A stretch of 64,000 nucleotides of DNA from Raillietiella orientalis. Taxonomy: Eukaryota. The stretch is from assembly GCA_036172245.1 (NCBI GenBank), contig JAYWIR010000029.1, positions 310,001 to 374,000 of the forward strand, written 5' to 3'. The notes below the pieces were generated by a model. The model saw nothing but the letters and a program-made list of their open reading frames with translations, did not search any database and had not been told where the DNA came from. Both the position numbers and the translations under genes were made by a program. Position 1 is the stretch's first letter, and every line of letters begins with the position of its first letter. This document shows, one piece after another, positions 38,801-50,138 of the stretch.

Positions 38801-38912
38801 TGCTCCTATATTTATTCATCTGTGCTCATGCCTTATGCGTTCACTCATAGAAACAAATGTAAAGGAACTTCAAAGTTTAAGGATTTTCAGAAACCGTAAT
38901 CTGAATTCTTAA
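20804..38912 (+). CDS. Chordin-like secreted protein (three VWC/CR domains, CHRDL1/2-type architecture), ~336 aa
   Basis: Phase-consistent GT-AG exons: 20804-20831 (tentative), 21196-21258, 26573(or 26585)-26688, 31628-31712, 35965-36083, 36613-36703, 36759-36843, 37935-38122, 38677-38912 (tentative). VWC1 CVFDEQTYDVGDKWYP..YCVTCEC..C..C..C..CCRLC; VWC2 CLHDGHHYKNGEKF..QCVLCLCQTGVVLCHLETC..CCYC; VWC3 CNHGGRVYPSGANWNP..SCITCIC..CCQLC. Putative signal peptide MPRFLHFFLVARFVDA. The VWC exons are well supported; both ends are less certain. Confidence 0.8.
20950..24300. promoter_or_regulatory. GC/CpG-rich island over the 5' part of the chordin-like gene
   Basis: Visibly GC- and CpG-rich against the AT-rich flanks, with GA-rich tracts (21540-21560, 22070-22090). 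The many overlapping ORFs here show no recognisable domain. Confidence 0.45.
21411..21739. repeat. Long inverted repeat / foldback (95-bp arms, 139-bp spacer)
   Basis: 21411-21505 is the reverse complement of 21645-21739 at 92/95 positions. Confidence 0.95.
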
Positions 38913-41900
38913 ATAGGGATGGCACCACATATTATCGATGAATCGAAATGGCACGAAAACTGCTTTCTTTTCTTCTTTAAAAGAACTCATTTATGTTGAT
39001 CTCTGCTGCATGCATTTTTTTTTTTGGAAAGGTATACAGGAGAAAGCAAACAAATACTCGAAATTGTATATTAACGGTTCATAAGTATGCAAGACTTCCC
39101 TTACATTATCAGTGTTGAGTAGTGACTTTTCATTCTAAGAACCCATTATGCTCGACTTTTGTTTTTTTGAAGAGAGTACAATGTATAGATTGTGAGCGAT
39201 TGTGGATTCACACACAAATAATGTTTAAAAATGGCTAATGGTTTTATAGTAATTCAGAAAGGATTGTTTTTCGTGCTATTGGCAAATAGCAGTCTTAGTT
39301 CCTTGGATCCTACCTAAACAATAATTCATTTCAGTCCGCTTTCTTGAAAACAGATTCGGTGATCGTCGAAATGGTGATTGCGTTGACGATTGTGTTGCAC
39401 AGTCACCAACGTCATTTCGACATGGCGCAGGTTCTGAAGATCCATGACAGACCTTTGCTTGCAGTGACTTTTTCGCTTACTCACAGGAAAGAATGGCCAC
39501 AGGAAATGTGCTCACTCAAAGATCAGTGTGGGAGCATCCCATTCTGTTGACGCAAAATGATGGGTTGCACTTCATGGAGCGGTGGTAGCTGTGTTTTAGG
39601 AAGTCCATGTACACGTTCCCTCAAATAAAGAGGAAGAACCAAAAAATAGGCAGTCACGCATCAGTCCATACCAGACAGCCTACACCACAGTCAAACGGAC
39701 TATAGGAGTGTCTCTCATCTTCTTTCATGACATGTGACTGTTCACAGCGCTATATCTGAATAGGTGATAGCAATGACGGTCGATGCACGCAGATAGATGG
39801 GCAGTTGGAATGATAGTGGGAACTTGAGAATGACCCTCGCTGAAAGCATGATCTTGCCTTCGTTTATGATGTCTAAGATGCAAACTAAAACTCATTAGGC
39901 TTTGTTATCATTAAACTTGAAAAATTGAAATTTTTTCAAATGCTATTGAAGACGTCTACGAAACACTTGGCAGGGAATCGCGTGTGCATCTACTGAACAT
40001 ATTTATAAGACCGAACGAGTCACTTTTAGAGGACTGAGGCTGGAAAATTCTCCTCGTCTATCTGCTTCAGACTTCCCCAACGCTGAAGGCCCAACACATT
40101 GCTCGCTTCGTCAAGTCTTGATGGCTGAGTGCTTAGTGCTCGGATTCGCTACCGAAGTTTTCATCCTGAGTCGATGTAGTCTCCGTGTACATATCGTGTA
40201 CATCTTTTTCCGTAATTCCGTTTTAAAAACAAAACGCCTGAGGTCAAACAGATAGCACAAACATACTGTACTCGCTCCAAGACCCGCATACCAGTAGGTT
40301 CACCAACTGGGATCTACCATTGTGACATATTGTGCCCACCCATGACGACATAGTTCGATTAACTAAAGTGCTGAGCAAAAAGAAAACAAAACAAGAAAAA
40401 ATGATCACCGGATGCGTTCCTAAGATCGGACCTCTTTTTGTACGTAGCTTGAGTATGAAAACAGATAATTGTACAGAAGTACTCTCTCACCAATACGGCA
40501 GATATTTTACAAACTACCTATAAAAAAAGCCCATCAAGATAAAGCGATTTGTTAAAGTGTTGTTTCATTATATTTTGCTCTTATTTAGGGAGCTTTTTCT
40601 AGGTGCAATCAGCAGTTGTCTAGAATTTATGAAGATATCTGCTTTTTCTTCACTATTTCGCTTCTACGAAATGCACCGATTTCCAGAGACGGTTATTTTA
40701 AATGCTATGAGGAGGGTTGTAGCGTTTTAGAATCTGAGTAAGGAGATGAAATCTCCCTGTTTCCTGAAGTGTGTTAGACTTACTAACAACAAAAATGTTC
40801 TGTGGCACTCAGAGATGCGCTTAACGAAAAGATTTTTTCGTAAACATAGATGTTTCGTTACCAATCCAGATATTTTTTTTATTCGAAACATTTCTATGAA
40901 GAAATTAGCATATCCAGTTTTTCGGTACTTTGGATACTCCGCTCCAGAAATGCAGTATTGTGATGTTTTTTCTTTTTTTAAAAAATATGTTCCATATTTA
41001 TTCATTATTATTTAAACTTTTGATTTTTATCCCAAAATGCGGTCTCATGTTTTACACAATCTATATGAGCGCTGGATGCAGATGTTCTTCAGATTTACAA
41101 GTAGCAATCAGTAAGTGACGGATCATCAAACGAAAAATCGTTTTTCCCACCAATGACACAATTACTGAACTACAATGCAAGCGTATGGGGGGGGGGGGGG
41201 GATTCAGAGACCACCTCAGAATTCCGGGTGACGCAAATGGCAAGTGAAACACTGTAAGTTTCTTGCAACATCTCACGGCAAACCGCGAGAACTTGAACCT
41301 GTTTTCAAAGCAACCCACAAAGAGAAATTTTTAGCCATAATTAAGAAACGTGCTAGGAGTAAAAAAAAAAAAAGTTGTATTTCACGCACCATTAGGATCA
41401 TATGAAAGCAGTTTATGGATAATGTCAGATATGGCCATTATGTTGTAGTTGTATCCCACGGTGGTTGTCCGTTCTCTTTAAACCATGAATGTGTTTTAGA
41501 ATCTTCTAATGGAGTTCATAAAGTGATACGACTGCTTGAAAGGAAATGCAAAACTAAGCATGTTTGCGAAATACACAGAATGAAAATCTTCAATCTGCTC
41601 CAAATGTTTCCCATATTCAGCAAGACCTGCGAGAAGAACTCGAGTGCTGCATTCGAACCCATCCAATAAAATCTTCGTCGCAGCTCCTCGAAAAGTGGCA
41701 CTCTCAAGTACTTTGCAAATAGGCGGTACACACGAAGGCAGGCTTTGCACTCGAATAAACTCGAACGAAGACGATCGTTCGAGTTCGAGGTGTGAAAAGT
41801 TTTTCACGCAGCTACGGCTTGGTGTCACGCATTCGAAAACCCCAGGAGCAGTACACTCCCTGTGACATAATGAACAAGAGCATTCCTTGTACAAGTGCAA

Positions 41901-42450
41901 CTACGGACGTGACTTGCCTTACGGCATGGTTGCCACGAGGGCACGGGACTCCACGTGGTTCCCAATAAAGTTCCCACGTCGGGAAAATAATGGTTCAAGA
42001 TTTAGCCCACGCATGCAGGGATGTTGCGCTCAGCTGTTTCGATTTCCTTCTCAGTGCTCCGGGGGGGGGGGGGGTCGGTAGGGCTCACCGTACACCAACC
42101 ATGGAATATATGCTTCCAAATACCCAGCTTTGGTGTAATGTGGCTGCACACTTTCTTGGTGTAAACGTGCTGGAACCTTCTTCAACTCTTTCAAAAGACG
42201 TTTGAATCTTTCCGTGTTGCCTCACGTTTTGGAATCGACTATTTATTTTTATTTTATTTTTCCATTTCAGGCGCTTCAGCGCCTGAAATGAATTCGGAGG
42301 CAATTCGGATTCAGCAAACAAACGAAAAAAAAAGACTGATAATTTCTGAAAGATACTTTTGAAACAAAAATTGGCGATCTTTTTTTTTCTTCCCCGCTAA
42401 ATCTGCTGTAAGACCACAACGTGATTCATAATGTAATTTAATGTATTATT

Positions 42451-42484
42451 CAATAACAGTTTGGTTGATTCCAAACTGTTATTG
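42451..42484. repeat. Perfect 14-bp inverted repeat with 6-nt loop
   Basis: caataacagtttgg-ttgatt-ccaaactgttattg. Confidence 0.85.
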
Positions 42485-43613
42485 GATCAATAATCATTAA
42501 CAGTTACTTTCCAGAAATGAGGACACAGGATTAAGATTACAAAAGTAGTGTTTTGCTATAAATACGGATACACCGTGTCACATACTGTCACGTACGTGTC
42601 TTAGGACTTCAAGGTCCTCCGGGATACAACTGCTTCATTGTAATTTTGCCAAGGATGCAGTCTATTAAGTACATTAATGAGAATCATGAATACGTTGCAA
42701 GTGCCATCTCCCGCAAAATTTTTGAACTTTGGATTTAAAACGCTAACATTGCAAAACTTGGGCCAACAGCGACTACTTCAGGTTGGTCAATGAAATTATG
42801 TAAGCTCATTCAACTACATCGAGAAATGAAAGAAAAAAAAAAAAAAACGATATAAAGCAGTACAACTGGTACAAAACGCAGTGCAAGCAACATCAAAAGT
42901 TTCGATTTAAAAATGCTTCCAAATGTCTTCTTTGACAGTATGGCTGATTCCTAAAACCACATTTTTCGTACGTGTGGACGCAACACTTTCCTCTTCATGA
43001 AATTGGCTGGCATAACACAGTAAACGCTAATGATATGTTTTATTAATAGGTTTGGAGATAAAAGACATGGCAAAGAAAATGGATAGACTTTTTATCCATC
43101 AAACAATCCACTTGGTCAAAAATGACATGAAAACTCATCATTCAAACATGTATTGCTTCATGTTAAGGGGCTACTCAATTTCATGATCAGTAAACATATG
43201 GGAGGGCCAAAAAACACAAACCGACTTGCAAGTTAGTTCACTTTGATTTCCATTTTGCACAAATCAAGTTTTCAAATATTAGTTTCCTGACGCATTAACA
43301 CTTTTCCAAAGAAAATGCACAATTTCTCATTGTTCAGTAGTGCTGAATGCATGAACAAAAGAGTTTTGCTGAAATACGGCTTTAAAACATCCAATATTTT
43401 GTGGGTACAATTACTGAAATTTACTCGGTGTAGAACATATTTAGTGTAAACTCAAACAAAAAACAAATGTTCAGTATATAAAACTATTTTTGGAGCATGT
43501 CAAAAATAACTAATTTTGTGATTGTTTCAATTTGCTAATCAAAAATTCGATAAAAATACAGCTCTTGAAATTAAACAAAAGTCCACTCGTAAACTTTCGT
43601 AAAATCAAACCAA

Positions 43614-46600
43614 CTACTCATTACTGTTGTGAATTGAATCTGATTTGAAATTCAAGGCTTTACTATTAATACAATATCTTTTTCCTGTGGGCTTAGGACC
43701 ATCATAAAACATGTGTCCTAAATGTGTTCCACACAGCTTGCAGCTGATGCAAGTTCGTATTAATCCAGGCTCTTTTATGATACGCAATATACTCATACCA
43801 ACTGAAACATAAGACAAAAAACATATGAATACTTTCCAAGAAATTCTCATGCTATCAAATAATAAATCACTGTGAAGACACACGTAATGCAACTGTACAA
43901 AATCATTTTTCATTTAGAACTAATACAGAATTCTATATTCGAACTAACTACTTCACACAAAATGAGAAAAAGTTCCAGCATCCTTGCAGTTAAAAACATG
44001 TTTTAGGAATTTGTGCTTGTTTCCTCTATTAAACTACAAAAATTTACAACTTATTGATATTCTCTGAATTGGATTATCTCAAAGCGTCACATCTCTTCCT
44101 AAACCACATTTATTATTTTCACCCTTAATACCTAACTTAATTGAAGGTATAAAGTTAGTATTCAATTTTTTTATCTTGTTTCACACTTCAGCTCTAAGTT
44201 ATTGTAGCATCGCATCTTTCAACAAATAAATTTGTAAATTATTCAATCTATTAGAGAATTGTTGAAAAACAAACTATTCATACTATGACTGCCTTCACAT
44301 GGCTGAATATGAACCAAAGCCTTTATTTCATAGTCTTTGGTTCAATTGAAATATTCAATGTACACAAATTATGTTTAATTAATGGAAGTACAAAGTGTTT
44401 GGTTGGAAGTAAAACACTCAAACTCGAAATTCAAGAAAATAACATTCGTGGTGCAAACCAAACGCACATAACAATCAGATGGCAACAATAAAAAAAATAA
44501 TTATTTTAATTAGTCATGATAAATGCAGAATTGTCAACAATAAATATGGTGTAAGCTCCCACTTTGGTAATGATCCAAGATATTCTCTGGATATAGATTT
44601 GAAAATAAATATCTAGTTTCCTTTCATCACACTAATCATAGGACAATTATAGCTTTTTCCTCAACAAGTTAGGTTTAGGTAACAAAATAATATGCTGACA
44701 TGGCTTCAATGCATGGACTGTGGTCAAGCAGTATAATTGGTTTATTGATTGGATCAATGTTTTGTTAATGAAACCAACTAAAATGTTCCTAAAATTCATA
44801 GGTGATCAAAAAAGAAAGGCCAAAACCATTCATTTTTCCAATTAATGTAAATACATAGCACAAACATTAAAGTGATAAACAAATGATCTATGTATAATCA
44901 TACATACAAAAATCATACAGTAATTTTAGAAAGTAAATGAAGATATGTTTTGTTAGTGAGATTCATTCAGGAAGCAATGACTTAAGTAAATTTCTTTAAA
45001 AGGACAAAAGCATACATAAACATATAAAAGAAAAATGAATACAAGTACTCTGAAAATCTTCTAACATTTTGATTAAGTGAAACTGAATTCTCTTGTGGAT
45101 CCGATAGGTTCTTTAACATGCAAGACTCAAAGAAATACATTCGATGAAAATGAGTGTAGTAAGTCTAAAATGTTACCCTTATTGTCTGCATTAAGAATAT
45201 GATCTGAAATGTTTATGCTCTTGAAGCTATTTTTCCATTTTCACAAACAAAAAGGGATTCTTACATAACAAATTATCAGACATTTTTTAGGCTAAAAATA
45301 TATTCACTGAAATATCTTTAAACACTGAACATCTTTGGAAAAAATTTTCAATTACCATCCAATATGCAAGCATTACAAATGCATACATATTGCTTCCATT
45401 TGTATGATAAATGTATGATAAATTACTAAATGAAAGGTAAATGTGATGATGAACTACCCCATTATCTTAACACATAGTATGCACTTATTATACAACTACA
45501 TATATATTATATACTATGTCAACATGACAACACCCAACATATGAAAGCTATACACCAAACATGCAAAGTTTAATCCTCTATCTTTATCCACTTGAAAATG
45601 AACACACAGATGTTGGAAGCTACAATACAACAATCTGAAAATGATTTGTGCAAAATAAATGTGAAATTGTTTCGTGGAAAATGAAATTTATTTTCGAAGA
45701 AAATAATTACTGTCATGATGGCACAACCAGCTTATGCCTAATAAATTTATTAAGTGAGTTAATTATGTCGTAACACTTCCTTCTCATTTGATGATACACT
45801 ATTTCCATTCTTTTTCTGTAATAACAATAATTGCAATATATGAATTACAATTTTTTGATTCCCATACACACACTAAAAAGAGAAAACTTCATTTTTCATA
45901 TTTCTCAGTCATGAATCTCATACACACTACATGATGGAATAAATATTACAAAGTCTTGCTTCATACTTGCTTACATAAAAAACTTTCTCCCTTGCTGTAA
46001 ATTCACCATTAGTAGACAACTTTGCTTGACTGAAAATTCACGTGATCATGAAACCATAAAAACGGATCTTTCACATATAATTAAAGCGTTCAATTTATTA
46101 GAAATTTGCATGTATAATTATCCTTGGCAGTTCGGAATACACTTCAAACGTGCATACCTAAAGTTTTCCAATTACATACGATTGTGGAGAAATCGAAAAA
46201 AAATGCTCACCACACTTAATTATATAGTATCACAGTGTGTTTCTTTCTTGCATATCTCAAGATAGGATTCGATAATAAACTATATATGGGTTCCCTTTAC
46301 TGCAGTTTCGATTTCATTATTCTGTTGTTTATTCCATGACGAATGATGCTGCTAATATTAATTATAAAGTGGATAATCAACTTTTATCTTATACTTAAAT
46401 AGTTCTTTTTCACCACATTTTTTCGTTCGGGTTAGCATTCTTCCAACGAGTTTCATCGCTGGCTGATAACGAAAACGTAATATGCAATCATTTAAATACG
46501 CGTTATCGACATTTAACCATCCAGCATTTTTTGCTTGCAATGAAACTGATACGATTTATAACTATACGAACCTTCAAGAGTTTACACTTCATACGAACCT

Positions 46601-49244
46601 TCATAAGCTATAAACTGTTTTTACAAAATTGTCACTTACGTTACTCAATTCTGAATTATAGTGGAATCTGTATTCTTACTTAAACTTTAATTGTGGTGCA
46701 AGGGGTATGTGATAACATATAAGCAAGTGGTATATAAGATGCAAATCCTAGTTCAATTCTTATAAAATTGAGAAACAAACTTATACCAGCTGAAGTATCC
46801 TTTTTACAATCAATTTTTGCTTCAGGCATAATTTCTGTAAATGCAGGCCAACCTGATCCACTATCATATTTAGAATCTGAAGAAAATAGTTCCTGATTGC
46901 AGACGACACAGGAGTAAATGCCTTTTTCGAAGAATCTATCGTATTTTCCGCTAAAAGGTCTATAGAAAATATTCAGAATTACTCAGATGAAAGTCATTTT
47001 AAAATATTGTAGTACATTATCAAATTTGATTTTAAAAATTAATGTTTAAGCACCTCTCAGTAATCCCAAAATCTGCGCCCTGTGCACACATAATTGGCAA
47101 AGCACAAGGATTATCCCCAAAACAAGGCTACCAAGGTATAAAATGAAAAATTGTTTTCCTCAAACTTCGAATTTGTCTACATTGATCAGTTATTATACTA
47201 CTATTTTCATATTTCTATCATTAAAAAGCCTTATAGTTTTACTATTAACTTATCAAATATTACTTATAAATACTTAATTTAAGCAAATATTGTATCCATA
47301 AATGAAGCTCATGGACAAACGACATTAAAAGCCAAACAAGCTTCTATGCTATCAGAAAACAAATGTAAAAAATGTGAAGAAAAATATTTATGTTTAGCCT
47401 CTTGAAGTTTTCCTCCAGCGGGGAGAGGAACAATATGTCCGTGATCAGTTTGTCAGCGAACTAGGGAACAATGTCAAGAGGCAGAGCGCAGCAGTCTTAC
47501 TTCAATCGCATTCTGCTTCAGGGAATCCATGTGATTTCTTCTCAGAGAGCATCAGATATCGAATCCCCAACAGGTGACGTGCTGTATTTTAAGTGAGAGG
47601 CTAGGATAAGGGGGGCTGGCTTCCTCTTACGCTCGCGACTAGTATATACGATCCACAGAATAAGTTTTGATAAAGACCGTAAAATTGACCAATTAAGGTT
47701 GCAATGGTCTTCACGTTTGTCATCCCTAACATTTACTAACCCCCAGCAACTGAATCATGGAGAAGCGAGCCCACTTCTCGACTACCCGAAGGAATTGTTG
47801 CAGGAAGACTTTGATCCACGCACTGCTGCTAGTTTTGGAAGATTTCAATGTTTCCCTACTCTGCTACAATGAGCATTCGTTAGGGTTGCATAGGAAACGT
47901 TCTCGAGATGTTCTCCGGGATGCACATGTTCAGTCTGATGACAGGTAAACAGACTGAAAATTTCCATTTTACCCTCAGGGATTCGATGATGGGCTAGAGA
48001 ACTATCGCAGTTTTCTTCAGGAGTTTTCTATCTGCGATTGACCCGATTCAAGGAAGCTGGCAGATTATAAAGCTCAGGATGAGAGCTAAGCCTGACAGTC
48101 AAAAGTAGTTTGCCTTCTGGATGAGAACGGGCAGGAATGCTCTGAACCTGCTTAAGTCCATTGCAAGGTAAGACGTTTCCACAACTTCCTGACTCAGAGA
48201 CACCTCTTTACTCCTTGGTTTACGCTGACGAGAAGTAAACGTACCCTCCTGCTTCGATGAATCCTTTTCTACGGCGTAAATCATCTCCGTCATTGAGGAA
48301 CTCAAGGAGCAAGGGGAAGGTGGTCTTCCCGTGGGGTTTTAAAAATGCTTTGAGGAGGAAGTGATTACTGGCTGGTGCTGCAGTTAGCTACACTGAGGAA
48401 CGTGACTAACGACACGCAGTTTCCTTTCATATTTCTGTTGCTTTTACTCAGCAAGAATCCATCTTCTCCCAAAAGGAGACCAATAAAGTTTGAATAAATG
48501 GAGAGTGACAAATCACTTTCGTGAACACTGATATCAATCTATTCTCTAAAGTGGTGTTGACTCCTTGATTAGCCCACATCAAAGATATAGCGTTCCTGGA
48601 GAAGCAAGGATATCAAGCTATTCCTTGCACAAACCTGGTTTTGATAGGAACAGAAAGGTGTGATAAAAAACCGACAGATCACTCTAGACACCTTGCTCGA
48701 ACATAAAATGTGGAGAAATAGGGAAAACGATGGTCTTGGAGATCGTAATCTATGTGCAGGAGGTTTTGAATGCATTAACCAGAAGGTTCTGCAAGAGTTC
48801 CTGGTGAGCCTCAGAATTTTTGCCAACTTGCTGGGTTATCTGCACCCGACTCAGCGCCAGGTGCTTAATAAAATCTTTTTCAGCGGATGCTACTTGTATA
48901 GTGTGTTGGTAAGGAAAAGAGTCAGATAGGATGACAGACTAAGTCCTATGCTCTTCAGTTTTATTTTGAGCTAGTACTGAAGACCAACAAATTCACGTTG
49001 GCATCAGACACTGTTCACAAATATATTAACAATGAATAGTACAATATTAATCGAAATTCCTATTTTGGAAGCTAACAAAGTCTCTGTGTTATAGTAAATT
49101 AGCGAGCCATAAATGTGATGCATTTAAAAAAAATGTTTACATATTCGTTGTTTCTTTTATGTTACCATAGAATTAATTAATGAATTCAAGATATTCTTTC
49201 GCTTTTACACTATATTGAAAATTGTATGTCCTTCTACATACCAT
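43614..49244 (-). CDS. msrB: Methionine-R-sulfoxide reductase B (SelR/MsrB family, Cys form), ~145 aa
   Basis: Exons 49242-49244 (ATG only, tentative), 47054-47127, 46787-46959, 43614-43801, all phase-consistent. Motifs [61 protein letters not shown] (two Zn CxxC and the catalytic RYCIN). Confidence 0.92.
47400..49010 (+). mobile_element. Probable decayed Penelope-like retroelement inside MsrB intron
   Basis: GC-richer block in an AT-rich intron. Fragments EFLVSLR, FSADAT/LYS (~48875-48905, frameshifted) and [11 protein letters not shown] (~48965-49000) follow the order of Penelope RT motifs (DFL..L, D.TSLYTNI, LELCL..NYF). Boundaries approximate. Confidence 0.35.
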
Positions 49245-49859
49245 TTTGCATGGATTACGTACTTTTATAAAAATTCTTCATGAATTCAAAAATCATGGCT
49301 GAATTGAAATTTGAGAATCCTATCAAACTCCTCGGATTAAGTCTAAAGGCAAATAAGGAAGTATCTTCTCAAACCTTTAAATAGATCACAGAAATAATTT
49401 AATTTTTCCATACACAATAAGGGTTCTGTCTAAAAATAAGAAAATCATGATCGGTTAATATATTCATTAACATACGAATATGTTTATGATTTTGATTCGT
49501 CTCTTCCCAGTTATTTCGAATGCCGAGTTTCTTCCCTTTTCATTTCATTCAGTGATCATGGAACGATGGCATATTTTCTCTCATGCGTCTTTGCATGCTT
49601 CTGTAAGCCATTTCTTATACTGGAGGGGGTCCATTTTTAAATATGGTTTGGGTTTTCATTGCTGACTTACGTCTTCACTCTACACCCTTAGATCCTCGGT
49701 CACCATGTTGGGGTTTTCTCGATCTGCATATGGTTGTGTGGCATTCTTGAGAAGCGAGTCAGCACCGCGGATTGATGCGGGAACCGCATTTGTAGGTGCT
49801 AATTTTTACCTGCCGTAAGCTGTAGTACGTATCTTTGGTCGTTATGAACATTTTTCTGT

Positions 49860-50138
49860 AGGGCATAAATGTGCCGAAAGAATAGCTCTTCAAAATTTCA
49901 GTGTTATTCCTATACATATATTCCCATAAATATATAAATATGCTTCATTTATTCTTATGCAACTAGCGCATTGTATAATATATGGAAGCATTCTACATCT
50001 AGATTTTCTAGGAAAGTGGTGCTGTTTGTATATGCCATTTTTACCCTTTGTAAAGAGTTGAGTGCACAAAACAAACTGGTATTTTAAAATCACGAAGTGT
50101 AAAGCATGGAAATTCTGTTACAGCACAATTAATTCATT
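49860..50138. promoter_or_regulatory. Likely shared bidirectional promoter between msrB (-) and ALG2 (+)
   Basis: Divergent gene orientation, under 900 bp between start codons, and AT-rich TATA-like tracts at ~49910-49980. Positional inference only. Confidence 0.4.

Noticed and set aside
43614..43801. MsrB as a selenoprotein
   Set aside because: The catalytic codon is TGT and there is no in-frame TGA.
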